This document shows positions 1-10,367 of a stretch of 32,000 bases of DNA, one piece after another (position 1 is the first letter of the stretch; the number at the start of each line of letters is the position of its first letter). The notes under the pieces are model-generated. The model did not search any database. It was not told the DNA's origin and saw nothing but the letters and a program-made list of their open reading frames with translations. This stretch comes from Candidatus Scalindua sp. (GTDB lineage Bacteria > Planctomycetota > Brocadiia > Brocadiales > Scalinduaceae), in contig JALDRA010000001.1 of assembly GCA_031316235.1 (NCBI GenBank), positions 1,500,001 to 1,532,000 of the forward strand. Reading direction: 5' to 3'. The translations under genes were made by a program, and so were the position numbers.

Positions 1-959
1 TGGTTATTTTCTTCGGCTTATTGTTAGTTGATTATTTTACTATTGCCAGGTACTCATATGTTTTTTACGCAATAATCATTATCGGTTTATTGTTTGTTTT
101 ATTGTTTGGGAAGAGTGTATATGGTGCAAAAAGGTGGCTTCCGTTGGGACCTGTCTCTTTACAACCTTCAGAATTTATGAAGATTGTGCTTGTTTTAGCT
201 CTTTCAAGATACATGATGTTTAAAGAAAACGTTTCTAAATTTCGCAATCTCATAATACCTCTTTTCCTGACAATATTCCCAATGGTATTGATTATGAAAC
301 AACCGGATTTAGGTACAAGCCTGGTAATGTTACCTATCTTCTTATCAATAATTTTTATCGCAGGTGTAAAGCTCAGGTATTTTTTTTCCATCATAATTTT
401 AGGCTTAACCTCAATACCTTTTTTATGGTACCTTATATTAAAGGACTATCAGAAATCCAGGGTAATCACTTTTCTCTGGCCGGATCAGGTAAGCAATATG
501 GGGGAGGGTTATCATAAGGTTCAGTCGCTGATTGCTGTTGGCTCAGGCGGCAACTTCGGAAGTGGCTGGGGAAACGGCATCCAGAGCCAGCTTAATTTTA
601 TCCCTGAGGGGCATACTGACTTTATTTTTTCAGTAATCGCTGAAGAGTGGGGCTTCTTCAGGAGTTGTGCTATTCTGGTTTCTTATATACTTTTTTTCGC
701 ATGCAGTACCGGTATCGCCCTGAAAACCAGGGAAGCATATGGAAGGCTCATTGTGACCGGTTTTACTGCCATGTTTGCAACCCAGGCACTTGTTAATATC
801 GCCATGACAATGGGTCTCGCTCCAATTACAGGTTTAACTTTACCATTTATCAGTTATGGGGGATCTTCACTCTTATCATCTTTTATTGCCCTCTCTTTTA
901 TCTTTAATGTGAGATTGCGAACAAGAGTCGCTCTTGCAAGGGATGAGTTTTATGAATAA
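1..959 (+). CDS. rodA: SEDS-family peptidoglycan polymerase, RodA-like (5' end cut by the window edge)
   Basis: The frame is open from the window edge to the first Met at 21. The sequence is multi-TM and hydrophobic. It carries the SEDS signature GYHKVQSLIAVGSGGNFGSGWGNGIQSQLNFIPEGHTDFIFSVIAEEWGF, and the QSQLxFxPExHTDFIF pattern is RodA-type rather than FtsW-type. Confidence 0.8.
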   Translation, partial: VIFFGLLLVDYFTIARYSYVFYAIIIIGLLFVLLFGKSVYGAKRWLPLGPVSLQPSEFMKIVLVLALSRYMMFKENVSKFRNLIIPLFLTIFPMVLIMKQPDLGTSLVMLPIFLSIIFIAGVKLRYFFSIIILGLTSIPFLWYLILKDYQKSRVITFLWPDQVSNMGEGYHKVQSLIAVGSGGNFGSGWGNGIQSQLNFIPEGHTDFIFSVIAEEWGFFRSCAILVSYILFFACSTGIALKTREAYGRLIVTGFTAMFATQALVNIAMTMGLAPITGLTLPFISYGGSSLLSSFIALSFIFNVRLRTRVALARDEFYE

Positions 960-2817
960 TTTAAGGAAGTTTGTCGAGGAAAATATCTTATCTTCTGTGG
1001 AGACTCCCGGGCAGTACATAGGGGGAGAATGGAACTCCATTACAAAAAAACATTGTAATGGAGATGTTACAATTGCCATTGCATTTCCGGACACTTATGC
1101 AATAGGAATGTCCCACCAGGGTATTCAGATCATATACGGTCTATTGAATGAACGTAATGATACGGTGTGCGAAAGAGTATTTGCCCCATGGCCTGACATG
1201 GAAGAAGCGTTGAGAAATCATGATGTTCCGCTATATACCCTTGAAACGTTTACACCGTTAGGAAACTTTGACATCATTGGTTTTTCACTTCAGTATGAGA
1301 TGTCATATACAAATGTATTGAATATGCTGGATCTTGCAAAGATACCATTGAGGAGGCAGGAAAGATCTGAAGAGGATCCATTAATTATTGCTGGTGGCCC
1401 CTTGGCTTTAAATCCTGAACCAATGTCTGATTTTATCGATATATTCTTTCTCGGAGAGGGAGAAGAAATGTTCATTGATTTTATTGAGCATTTTAAGACA
1501 GTAAAACACTCCACCGGATTAACAAGAGACGGAAAAATTCTCTCTCTTGTGAAACAGTTGGATAATCTTTATGCCCCCTCCCTTTATGATGTAACATATG
1601 AACCTGGTGGAGTTGTAAGAGAAATTGTGTCAAAAGATACCGGTATACCCTCAGCAGTTCGATCAGCTACTGTCAAAAACCTTGACACAGCATATTTTCC
1701 CAGAAACCCTGTTGTACCATTTGTGCAGACTATTCATGATCGTATTTCTATTGAGGTGATGCGAGGCTGTACTCAGGGGTGCAGATTCTGTCAGGCTGGC
1801 ATGACAAAACGACCCAATAGAATCCGTTCAGTTGATACTATCTTGAAGCTCTCCGAAGAGTGCTATCGCAGTACAGGTCATGATGAGATATCCCTTGGAG
1901 CACTATCCATAAGCGACTATCCTCATCTGAAAGATCTGATGAAAAGAATGGATACTACTTTTAACCAGAAGAAAGTAAACATATCATTTCCGTCTCTGAG
2001 AATATCAGATCAGCTGACCGACTTACCTTCTTATCTCAATACCGTACGCAAATCAAGCCTGACATTAGCGCCTGAAGCTGCCACGACAAGACTGAGAAAA
2101 GTCATTAACAAAGATATATCAAATGAAGATCTTTATGATGGAGTAAGAGAAGCATTTAAAGAGGGATGGAAACTTGTCAAGTTATACTTTATGGTGGGCC
2201 TTCCAACGGAAACGGATGAAGACATCGAAGCAATCGCAGACCTGGCTCACAAGGTATCAAGCCTGAGAAAAGAGGTGAAGGGAATATCTGGAAACGTAAA
2301 CGTAACGATAGCACCTTTTGTACCCAAGGCGCATACCCCATTTCAGTGGGGCCCGATGGTCAGGCTGGAAAGGATCAATGAGATCAAAAACCTGCTCAGA
2401 AACAAGATAAGAAGCGGAAAAATCAAAATAAAGTTTAATAAACCCGAAAGGAGTTTTCTTGAGGGTGTATTTGCCCGTGGTGACCGGAGACTGGGCAGTG
2501 TAATCCTGAAAGCATGGTCGAAGGGATGCAAATTCGATGCATGGGATGAACATTTCAACTATAATGCCTGGAAGGACGCTTTTGAAGAGGCCGGCATAGA
2601 TACCGGTTTTTACGTATATAGACAGCGAAAAGAAGATGAAGTATTTCCATGGGACCACATTAACAGCGGTGTAGTAAAGCAGTTTTTCAAAAATGAAAAC
2701 GACAAGTCCTTCCAGCAACAGTATACACCTGACTGTTTTAAAGGCATCTGTCCGGATTGTGGAGCCTGTGCCCGGTCAAGCCAGTATGTGGGAAAAATAT
2801 TGTCACAATTGCCATAG
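943..2817 (+). CDS. Large radical SAM protein with an N-terminal B12-binding-like region (TIGR03960-like family, function unknown)
   Basis: Long ORF with the CX3CX2C cluster motif CTQGCRFC. Its start overlaps the rodA stop (957-959). The track start at 934 is TTG; ATG codons lie at 943 and 952. The family assignment is from memory of the architecture. Confidence 0.8.
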   Translation: MSFMNNLRKFVEENILSSVETPGQYIGGEWNSITKKHCNGDVTIAIAFPDTYAIGMSHQGIQIIYGLLNERNDTVCERVFAPWPDMEEALRNHDVPLYTLETFTPLGNFDIIGFSLQYEMSYTNVLNMLDLAKIPLRRQERSEEDPLIIAGGPLALNPEPMSDFIDIFFLGEGEEMFIDFIEHFKTVKHSTGLTRDGKILSLVKQLDNLYAPSLYDVTYEPGGVVREIVSKDTGIPSAVRSATVKNLDTAYFPRNPVVPFVQTIHDRISIEVMRGCTQGCRFCQAGMTKRPNRIRSVDTILKLSEECYRSTGHDEISLGALSISDYPHLKDLMKRMDTTFNQKKVNISFPSLRISDQLTDLPSYLNTVRKSSLTLAPEAATTRLRKVINKDISNEDLYDGVREAFKEGWKLVKLYFMVGLPTETDEDIEAIADLAHKVSSLRKEVKGISGNVNVTIAPFVPKAHTPFQWGPMVRLERINEIKNLLRNKIRSGKIKIKFNKPERSFLEGVFARGDRRLGSVILKAWSKGCKFDAWDEHFNYNAWKDAFEEAGIDTGFYVYRQRKEDEVFPWDHINSGVVKQFFKNENDKSFQQQYTPDCFKGICPDCGACARSSQYVGKILSQLP

Positions 2818-2943
2818 CGGTATCGAGGTTAAACCTGAAAATCAGATGATGGCAACAAACCGTGACTTTAGTTTCACAATTTAAGGGACTTACTAAAATC
2901 CCTTCATGAATATAGTGTCAAAACGGTAAAATTCTTCTATCGG

Positions 2944-3117
2944 ATGATCATGCGTTCACAAGAACATTACGAAAAACACGTTGTCAATAATTTCGGCAGT
3001 CCTGTTATCAATCAGGTTTTCTCAGGCGGCAAGCAGTATCTTTTCCAAACGCAGCTTTGTGAAATAGTCAGATACTACCACTCTGAGGAACAAAATACTT
3101 CGGAATATAGCACATGA
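2944..3117 (+). CDS. Hypothetical 57-aa ORF, below the track cut-off, coupled to the next ORF
   Basis: Hand translation gives MIMRSQEHYEKHVVNNFGSPVINQVFSGGKQYLFQTQLCEIVRYYHSEEQNTSEYST. Its TGA overlaps the ATG of the 3114 ORF (ATGA at 3114-3117). I see no clear RBS and recognise no homology. Confidence 0.25.
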   Translation: MIMRSQEHYEKHVVNNFGSPVINQVFSGGKQYLFQTQLCEIVRYYHSEEQNTSEYST

Positions 3118-3599
3118 ACACAGACATACTAATTTCTCAAGAAAACCCTTCGAATCAAAAAACTGATGAGCGTGAAGCTCTCAGGGCATTGAACCACCGG
3201 TTATGTAATATCCGGGGGATAATTGAATCATGTACCAATCTTCTGAAATATTCTGACGACAAATCAATGATAAAAAGATGGTCTACCATGAGAAATGTTT
3301 TCATGGTTACCGGCAGAGACAGAATTAACAGTGAGATGGAAATTTATTGCACGAAAAAAGAAACAATAGAAGGTATTTCTCTCGAAATATATCGAAACGT
3401 CTACGATAAACTTGCACTAGCGGACAGTAATTATAAATCACTCTTTGATCTTGTTCATAACTCAATAACCTGTTCTGATGATAACAAGAATGAATCGGTA
3501 ATCGCAGGAGAAAAGATTACGGATATCCTTGGGCACATAATACAAAAGCTGGAGGTTATAAAGGTTGAATTGCAAAAAACAGAAAATCCTGATCGTTGA
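3114..3599 (+). CDS. Hypothetical protein with a histidine-kinase H-box-like helix (possible stand-alone DHp/phosphotransfer domain)
   Basis: 161-aa ORF. LNHRLCNIRGIIESCTNLL resembles the HRxKN H-box of HisKA_2/HWE kinases, and no ATPase domain is present. It overlaps the downstream response-regulator gene by 35 nt. Confidence 0.5.
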   Translation: MNTDILISQENPSNQKTDEREALRALNHRLCNIRGIIESCTNLLKYSDDKSMIKRWSTMRNVFMVTGRDRINSEMEIYCTKKETIEGISLEIYRNVYDKLALADSNYKSLFDLVHNSITCSDDNKNESVIAGEKITDILGHIIQKLEVIKVELQKTENPDR

Positions 3600-5058
3600 C
3601 GATGAATTGGGTTGGTGCGAGGTTCTCAAGTCCGTGCTGCAAACAAACGGTTTTGAGGTTGAATGTGAATCAAAGGCAGAAAATACTCTACGCGTAATCC
3701 ATTCTTCCCAGCCCGATGCTATTCTCCTGGACGTACTTTTTGGAGACATGAACAAGGGGAAAGATATCTTCAGAAATGTAAAACTGGAGTATCCACAACT
3801 TCCCGTCATCATGCTTACTCATACCGTTATCGAAGAAGATTTCCGGCTTGAAGACTACCCAGGGTGCGCATTTGCTTACGCCAAGAACCAGCTGGTCTCT
3901 GGCATGGATGAAACCTATGAGGGATTTGCTGATAAAATCAGGCGTGCGATAACAAATACCAAGACAACCGTCGAATCTCTGGAAAGAAATTTTAAATTTG
4001 TTGTCGGTAAAACAGAAGCAATGAAGAAAGTGTGCAGACAAATTATGAATGTTGCCGCGACAAATGCAACGATACTTATTACTGGTGAAAGCGGTGTCGG
4101 GAAGGGGATAATTGCGTGTGCAATTAAAGAGAAAAGTAAAAGAAACAATAAAAAATTCTTAACGAAAAGTTGTACAGATTTCCCAAACGAAAATTTGCTG
4201 ATAAGTGAATTGTTTGGCCACGAAAAAGGTGCCTATACGGGCGCTGAGAGTTGCCATGAGGGGATTTTTGAGGAAGCAACAGGAGGTACGGTATTTATCG
4301 ACGAAATAGGGGATGCGACACCGGAAACACAAGGAAAACTTTTAAGGGTCCTGGAAGAAAAAACTATTCGGAGAATGAAAGGGAACAAAGACATAGCAGT
4401 TGATGTAAGAATCCTCACCGCTACGAACAAACCCCTTGATGAATTGATAAAATTGGGGAAATTTCGAGAAGATCTTTTTCATCGCTTAAGCCAGTATAAG
4501 ATTCATCTCCCTCCATTAAGAGAAAGAAAGGAGGATTTACCGGAACTGCTCGCTTATTTTATAAGAAAACACAATAGAGACGACAACAAAAATATCCTCA
4601 TAGAAACAAAAAAGGGTCAAAGAGACTGCCTGCGACTGGATGTACTTGATTTGCTGTCGTCATATGACTGGCCCGGTAACATAAGAGAGTTTGACAATAG
4701 TGTTCGAACGGCTATGATTAATGCTGGTGACTCTAATATTTTGTTAACGGATTTTTTTGACATTACAATTGACCGGGAAAGAGATTGCTCTCTGTTTGAT
4801 GTTGAAAAACTGGTTAATGAAGTATTTGAGCAAAAGTGGCATGGAGAAGAAAAATGGAATAGTTTTGTACGAACGTATACCTCCAAAGAGTGGCAAAAGG
4901 AGTTCTTTGAACGCTGTATTGAAAGACTTAAAGAAAACAAAAAGAAGAAAAACCTCACATACCGCGATATAGCGGAGCTATTCGGAATTAATGAGAATAA
5001 TATGAGGCAGCGCATGCACGTAATTGGCATAAACTGGAAGGATAAGAAGAAATTATAA
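3565..5058 (+). CDS. Sigma54-dependent response regulator (NtrC-family bacterial enhancer-binding protein)
   Basis: REC domain (ILIVDDE, DAILLDVLF). AAA+ domain with Walker A GESGVGKG and Walker B VFIDEIGD. The sigma54-contact loop is ELFGHEKGAYTGA, so GAYTGA replaces GAFTGA. C-terminal HTH-like tail. TTG start lies 9 nt after GGAGG (3551-3555). Confidence 0.9.
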   Translation: MNCKKQKILIVDDELGWCEVLKSVLQTNGFEVECESKAENTLRVIHSSQPDAILLDVLFGDMNKGKDIFRNVKLEYPQLPVIMLTHTVIEEDFRLEDYPGCAFAYAKNQLVSGMDETYEGFADKIRRAITNTKTTVESLERNFKFVVGKTEAMKKVCRQIMNVAATNATILITGESGVGKGIIACAIKEKSKRNNKKFLTKSCTDFPNENLLISELFGHEKGAYTGAESCHEGIFEEATGGTVFIDEIGDATPETQGKLLRVLEEKTIRRMKGNKDIAVDVRILTATNKPLDELIKLGKFREDLFHRLSQYKIHLPPLRERKEDLPELLAYFIRKHNRDDNKNILIETKKGQRDCLRLDVLDLLSSYDWPGNIREFDNSVRTAMINAGDSNILLTDFFDITIDRERDCSLFDVEKLVNEVFEQKWHGEEKWNSFVRTYTSKEWQKEFFERCIERLKENKKKKNLTYRDIAELFGINENNMRQRMHVIGINWKDKKKL

Positions 5059-5065
5059 AACTCAT

Positions 5066-5110
5066 GATATACTCATCTCATACTGGATTTCGGATAAAAT
5101 CCGAGATGAA
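5066..5110 (+). repeat. Short copy (5' module only) of the dispersed hairpin repeat, between convergent gene ends; possible bidirectional terminator
   Basis: GATATACTCATCTCATACTGGATTTCGGATAAAATCCGAGAT is identical to the start of the 11327 copy and differs at only a few bases from the start of the 19760 copy. It contains the hairpin TCGGAT-AAA-ATCCGA, followed by a second hairpin GAGAT-GAA-ATCTC. Confidence 0.7.
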
Positions 5111-5115
5111 ATCTC

Positions 5116-6123
5116 TTATAACAGAGACTCAATGATCTTCTTTTTCGGTTCAAATGTGTTTAACTGGCTGAGTCCGAGATTTTCTACCGCAGCCTCTATC
5201 AGCTCCTCTTTCGACTGAGTTTTTATATAGAATGCCCCTGCATCCAGTAATGCTTTTTCGGGTACAAGTCCTACTATTTCACTTCCTGTAGCTTCTGTTC
5301 CGAATTCCCTGGCCAGCTTTTTTACCGTCTCAAATGTTGTATGTATCGATGTCTCCTCAAAATTTGTCAGATTGATTGATACCTGGGTAATATGGTAATC
5401 ATTGAGTTCTACTCCAATCGCCTTTACATATTTCAGTAATCCAGGGACTCTCATGCCCTTACCTTCCTTATTTTCAACCAGAGAACCGGACTCTCTTACC
5501 ATCCGTGCTATTTTATGAGCGATACGCACATCCGTCGTCTTGAGATTCACGTTATAGGCAATCAGGAAAAACCTTGCTCCAATTACCGTAGCACCAGATT
5601 TTCTGACTCTATCGTTGTATTCTGAAGGACCGTAATCAGGTCTCCACTCTTCTATTCTTTTCCTGAGATCTTCATATCCTCCCTGTCTGATATTTTCAAG
5701 GTTTTTTCGCTCTTTAAACCTTGCAGCTGATTCATACAAATACACGGGGATACCAAGCCTTTCTCCAACCTCCCTTCCAAGTTCATTTGCCAACAGTACA
5801 CATTCACCCATCGTTACGTTCGATACCGGTATGATGGGGCAGACATCTGTTGCTCCTATTCTTGGATGTTCGCCCTTCTGCGTTGACATATCAATGAGTT
5901 CTGAAGCCTTTGCTATTGCCTTAAATGCAGCCTCTTTCACAGAAGAAGGCTCCCCAACAAAGGTTACTACGGTCCTGTTATAGTCTTTGTCAGATTCACT
6001 GTTTAAAAGTTTTATATTCTCTGTTGAAACGATAGATGCCTCAATAGCATGTATCGTTTCAAGATTTCTCCCTTCACTGAAATTGGGTACACATTCTACA
6101 ATCTTTTTATTTGTCATAATCAT
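5116..6123 (-). CDS. ftcD: Glutamate formimidoyltransferase (formiminotransferase domain protein)
   Basis: 335-aa ORF with the N-terminal hallmark ECVPNFSEGR. The length fits the two-subdomain formiminotransferase fold. Confidence 0.85.
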   Translation of the reverse strand: MIMTNKKIVECVPNFSEGRNLETIHAIEASIVSTENIKLLNSESDKDYNRTVVTFVGEPSSVKEAAFKAIAKASELIDMSTQKGEHPRIGATDVCPIIPVSNVTMGECVLLANELGREVGERLGIPVYLYESAARFKERKNLENIRQGGYEDLRKRIEEWRPDYGPSEYNDRVRKSGATVIGARFFLIAYNVNLKTTDVRIAHKIARMVRESGSLVENKEGKGMRVPGLLKYVKAIGVELNDYHITQVSINLTNFEETSIHTTFETVKKLAREFGTEATGSEIVGLVPEKALLDAGAFYIKTQSKEELIEAAVENLGLSQLNTFEPKKKIIESLL

Positions 6124-6348
6124 TTATTGTGTCTGATCGAATAAAATTCACGCTATCATTATCCATGAATTGATACCATAAGACGCTTATTATACAAATA
6201 TCAAATTTTCGACTCAATAGAAAATACATGGAAGATTTTTCTTCAGGAAAATTTGAACAAACAGAGTATATCTATAATTGATTGACTAATTATTCGGCAG
6301 AAGGTAGATTTATGTTATAATTAATAATTTACGGATGAGCTAACCAAA

Positions 6349-7680
6349 ATGGAAGATCTGTTTGAAGTAAATGCAAAAGCTGCAAAAAAATCCCCCCTGG
6401 CAGACCGAATGAGGCCACGAAATTTAAGAGAATTTGTTGGACAGGAACATCTCGTTGGTCCCGACAAAATACTCAGAAGATTTGTAGAAAACGAGGAATT
6501 GGTTTCCCTCATATTCTGGGGACCAGCCGGTGTAGGAAAAACTACACTGGCCTTAATCATTGCGGAGGCTATGAAGGCCCATTTTGTCTCATTTTCGGCT
6601 GTATTGTCAGGTGTTAAGGATATCAGGGCTGTTATTTCAGAAGCGAAAGAACAGCTTAAATTTTATGGAAAAAGAACCATCCTCTTTGTCGATGAAATCC
6701 ATAGATTTAACAAGGCCCAGCAGGATGCTTTTCTCCATCATGTAGAAGACGGTACTCTTACGTTAATTGGTGCCACAACAGAAAACCCATCGTTTGAAAT
6801 CAATGCTCCACTTCTTTCCCGGTGTAAGGTGCTGATTCTGGAGCAGCTCACAAAGGAGCACTTGAAAACTATTATGAGCAATGCATTATCAGATTCAGAA
6901 CGGGGCCTTGGTAACCTGCACATAGAGATAGAAAATGATGCCTTTTCCTTTATCCTGGAACATTCCCACGGAGAGGCAAGATTTGCCTTAAATACGCTCG
7001 AATCTGCCGCAATGCTTTCTTCGCCAAACCAGGAAAACAAACGGGTAGTAACCATGGAAATTGCACAGGAATCCATGCAGCAGAAGGCACTTCGTTACGA
7101 TAAAGGAGGCGAGGAACACTATAATGTAATATCGGCCTTTATCAAATCGATGCGGGGGAGTGATCCGGATGCTTCCCTCTATTGGCTCGCCCGTATGCTT
7201 GAAGCCGGGGAAGACCCTCTCTTTATTGCGCGACGCATGGTAATATTCGCCTCTGAGGATATTGGGAATGCTGCTCCGGGAGCCCTCCAGGTAGCCCTGT
7301 CAGTGAAGGAAGCCTTTCATTTCGTTGGAATGCCTGAGGGGTGGATACCGCTGGCACAGGGCGTAACCTATCTGGCAACTTCGCCAAAGAGCAACGCCTC
7401 TTACAAGGCCTACCAGGCAGCATTAAAAGATGTGAAAGATAGAGGAGCCTTAGGAGTACCCCATCACATCAGAAATGCCCCGACTTCACTGATGAAGGAA
7501 ATCGGGTATGGAAAGGGGTACAGATATCCGCATGATTACGGCGGTCATATCGAACAGTCTTATTTACCCAGGGAGTTGCAAAATAAGGAATACTACAAAC
7601 CTACAGACAACGGCTTTGATAAAGAGATCAAAAAGAGGATGGAATATAATAAAGAGAAGAGAAAAAAACCTGCAAAATAG
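6349..7680 (+). CDS. rarA: Replication-associated recombination protein A (MgsA/RarA AAA+ ATPase)
   Basis: Walker A GPAGVGKTTLA and Walker B/sensor LFVDEIHRFNKAQQD. C-terminal MgsA-type region YDKGGEEHYNVISAFIKSMRGSDPDASLYWLARML. Confidence 0.92.
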   Translation: MEDLFEVNAKAAKKSPLADRMRPRNLREFVGQEHLVGPDKILRRFVENEELVSLIFWGPAGVGKTTLALIIAEAMKAHFVSFSAVLSGVKDIRAVISEAKEQLKFYGKRTILFVDEIHRFNKAQQDAFLHHVEDGTLTLIGATTENPSFEINAPLLSRCKVLILEQLTKEHLKTIMSNALSDSERGLGNLHIEIENDAFSFILEHSHGEARFALNTLESAAMLSSPNQENKRVVTMEIAQESMQQKALRYDKGGEEHYNVISAFIKSMRGSDPDASLYWLARMLEAGEDPLFIARRMVIFASEDIGNAAPGALQVALSVKEAFHFVGMPEGWIPLAQGVTYLATSPKSNASYKAYQAALKDVKDRGALGVPHHIRNAPTSLMKEIGYGKGYRYPHDYGGHIEQSYLPRELQNKEYYKPTDNGFDKEIKKRMEYNKEKRKKPAK

Positions 7681-7845
7681 GAAATCGTTTTTTTACGATG
7701 AAAGGTAAATCCAACCATGAAAAAACTCATCGTTCGGGTTAGGTATAATACCTTTTTTTACCTATTGTACCCTGATAGTCAAGTCACCAGAAATAAGATG
7801 AGGAATAAACGGAAAAAATTCAATACGGTAATTATCCTCAGATAT

Positions 7846-8973
7846 CTATTCTCTTGATTCAAATTTTTTCATAAACCGGCGATCAATAAAATCCTTGATG
7901 ATAAAGGCAATCTTACCCTCCAGCACCAGCAGTTTTTTTCGTAAAATCCCGGTACCATCCCCCATATTGAAAATAAGCAGGTATTTTCCACCTGGTTTAA
8001 AAGTCTGGAGACCTGTTCCATCTAATGAAGCCATGAGGTTATGAAAAAGGACCGGGTTTTCCCGTACCGCGTAAACACCGACTTTGTCAAGCGGACGTCC
8101 TTTTAAATAAATACAATCACCTCCTCCGAATATTTCACTATACGTTGTGCACTGAAGGTACTTATTGACAAGGAGTTCACCATCAGGAGCTGTTGGCAAT
8201 CCTGATCTCTCAAAAACAGGTGACGGCTTTACCCCATGAGCGAGAAGAATTAAATCCTGAATATATTTCTGTCCAGACTCCATGGTGATCTCGCCAGTAT
8301 TGATTCCCGTTACAAAAGAGTGTTCCAGAATTTCAATTCCGCGCTTTGTCAAGGACCGAAAAATTCTGGTTCGTACGTTTTCCGGAAAACGATTCATGAA
8401 TTTTTCACCTGAGAAAATTGTTATTCTGGGCATATTTCTGACGAAAAATTTTCCCAGCCTCCAGATGTTACCTGCAATCTCAGCAGCAGAGGGTCCTCCA
8501 CCTATTATACCGATGGTTATTTTCCGCTGTGAGGCAAGTTCAAGAATCCGCTCCTGAAAAGATATAAGTTTTTCAATAGGTTTCACAGGAAAAATATCTC
8601 TGTCTACACCTTTTACGATTGTCATGGGTACATAACTACCGACATTACATGATAGTACGTCATAGGATATCGCTTCCCGGGATTCGAGGTATACGGTTCT
8701 GTCTATCGGATCAACACGGTTGACCTTATCCTGTATAAACACTCCTCCCTGTTTCACGACTATCCGTTTTGTCTCAAAACGGATTTCTGCGGGAGTATAT
8801 GTTTTTCCGAGCATCCCCGGACCCATACCCGAGTAATAGTGGTATTGAGATGGCCCGATAACTGTTACACGGTAGCCTTTTTCAATGAATTTGTGAAGGT
8901 TGGCCAGTGTTAACATGTGAGCGTGTCCACCACCGGCAATTACAAGATGTTTCCCCACTGTTACCTCCGTCAT
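7846..8973 (-). CDS. FAD/NAD(P)-binding oxidoreductase (pyridine nucleotide-disulfide oxidoreductase / Ndh-like)
   Basis: Two dinucleotide-binding motifs (VIAGGGHAH, IIGGGPSAAE) and a C-terminal GGGDC. It is co-directional with the upstream RiPP-like genes and 98 nt downstream of them. Confidence 0.8.
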   Translation of the reverse strand: MTEVTVGKHLVIAGGGHAHMLTLANLHKFIEKGYRVTVIGPSQYHYYSGMGPGMLGKTYTPAEIRFETKRIVVKQGGVFIQDKVNRVDPIDRTVYLESREAISYDVLSCNVGSYVPMTIVKGVDRDIFPVKPIEKLISFQERILELASQRKITIGIIGGGPSAAEIAGNIWRLGKFFVRNMPRITIFSGEKFMNRFPENVRTRIFRSLTKRGIEILEHSFVTGINTGEITMESGQKYIQDLILLAHGVKPSPVFERSGLPTAPDGELLVNKYLQCTTYSEIFGGGDCIYLKGRPLDKVGVYAVRENPVLFHNLMASLDGTGLQTFKPGGKYLLIFNMGDGTGILRKKLLVLEGKIAFIIKDFIDRRFMKKFESRE

Positions 8974-9071
8974 GAATGAAAAAGGATGATAACAATACCT
9001 ATCAGTATCAAAGTCGCTACATAACGCTTTGTAATACCTTATTGTTCATGAGATCTGTTTTCCTTTTGATT

Positions 9072-10358
9072 TCATTTACCACTCATCCATCTTTTAAGGA
9101 TTACGTCTTCTTTGATGCGTGAAACCTCCAACACTATTCTCCCGTACCGTAAAAGAAGTATAAACGGATGAGCCATATAATAGAGATAGAGCCTGGTCGA
9201 GGAGAGAGGTACAGAATATCTCTCAGAAATAAATCCTGGATCGGGAAAAATATAATTCCTTAAAATCCCGGCCTTTTCGCGACAGGTGTGAGCAGCCTGT
9301 AATTGGATGATCTTGGATGGTACTACAGAGTGAGAATCTTCTCTCCTGAGGATTTTCCTGCACATGATGGAGACGAGTTCCCTGTCTCTCCCTTCCGGCG
9401 CAACACAGTCAACTGTTTTACGAATCGTATCATCATTTTCTCCCAGGATTTTCCCTACAATGCAGAGGGTCATAAAAACGGGATCAGCAATTCCATACTG
9501 CTCAGCCTTATGCCTGAGTCTCTCCCCACATATCTTATCGTGAAAGTATCTGATAGTTTGAAAGATATCATGTAGCTGTATAAGTGCCCCCCTGCTCGTA
9601 AAACCTGCACCAAAGCCTTGATATCGATTTTGGTAGCGATGTTTTAAAAAATGGAGACAGAGATGAAAAATGCAGTCTTCCGGACTGAGGATCTGTGCAG
9701 GGAGGCCTGAAATTGTAACCACCATCGCTTCCTTCCTCCACTTCGCAATCATCTCGTTATCAAAATCTCGGATTCGAGACGGATGTATTTTGTTTGCTAT
9801 ATGCCAATGTACTTCTACCGGAACCCTCTTTTCCCGATGGATATAGTTCATGTGATGATGGCGATTCCTTTGATACCAACCAGAAGTTTCTCTCTCATCG
9901 AGAAAATAACCTGCACCGTAGAGTATGCGTTCTGCATCGGGAAGAGCCTGTTTCTTTACGAGGAGATCGATATCACTCATCGGCCTTAACCCAATATCGC
10001 CATACACCGTTTGAGCCAATGCTGCACCCTTGAGTATGATAACTTCTATCCCTCCATTGTCAAACGCCTCTAAAATCCTTTCCAATTCTGCATACAGAAA
10101 CATATTTCTGGCTACCGTATCGTAGTAAGCGGCCTTTAACTTTTCCATAAACTCTACGGGAATTGAGTCGGTTTCCTGGAACGACTTTAAAGAATTGTAG
10201 AGTAATGGCCCTATACCGTGCCAGGATGCAGACGTCCAAATCTCGTCCCAATTAATGGTACCCTTTAGCAGCTCCTTTACCTTTGCCCTTGTATCCTCTG
10301 AAATTTCTGTTCGCGTAGAGCAATGCAAGAGTTGGTTTTCATAAGATAGATTCAACAT
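9072..10358 (-). CDS. Nucleotidyltransferase-family protein (PF14907 / NTP_transf_5-like)
   Basis: 428-aa ORF. VIILKGAALAQTVYGDIGLRPMSDIDLLVKK matches the LKG...R...DIDLLV core of this family. It starts 9 nt after the B2-like gene. Confidence 0.7.
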   Translation of the reverse strand: MLNLSYENQLLHCSTRTEISEDTRAKVKELLKGTINWDEIWTSASWHGIGPLLYNSLKSFQETDSIPVEFMEKLKAAYYDTVARNMFLYAELERILEAFDNGGIEVIILKGAALAQTVYGDIGLRPMSDIDLLVKKQALPDAERILYGAGYFLDERETSGWYQRNRHHHMNYIHREKRVPVEVHWHIANKIHPSRIRDFDNEMIAKWRKEAMVVTISGLPAQILSPEDCIFHLCLHFLKHRYQNRYQGFGAGFTSRGALIQLHDIFQTIRYFHDKICGERLRHKAEQYGIADPVFMTLCIVGKILGENDDTIRKTVDCVAPEGRDRELVSIMCRKILRREDSHSVVPSKIIQLQAAHTCREKAGILRNYIFPDPGFISERYSVPLSSTRLYLYYMAHPFILLLRYGRIVLEVSRIKEDVILKRWMSGK

Positions 10359-10367
10359 AGATAGCTT

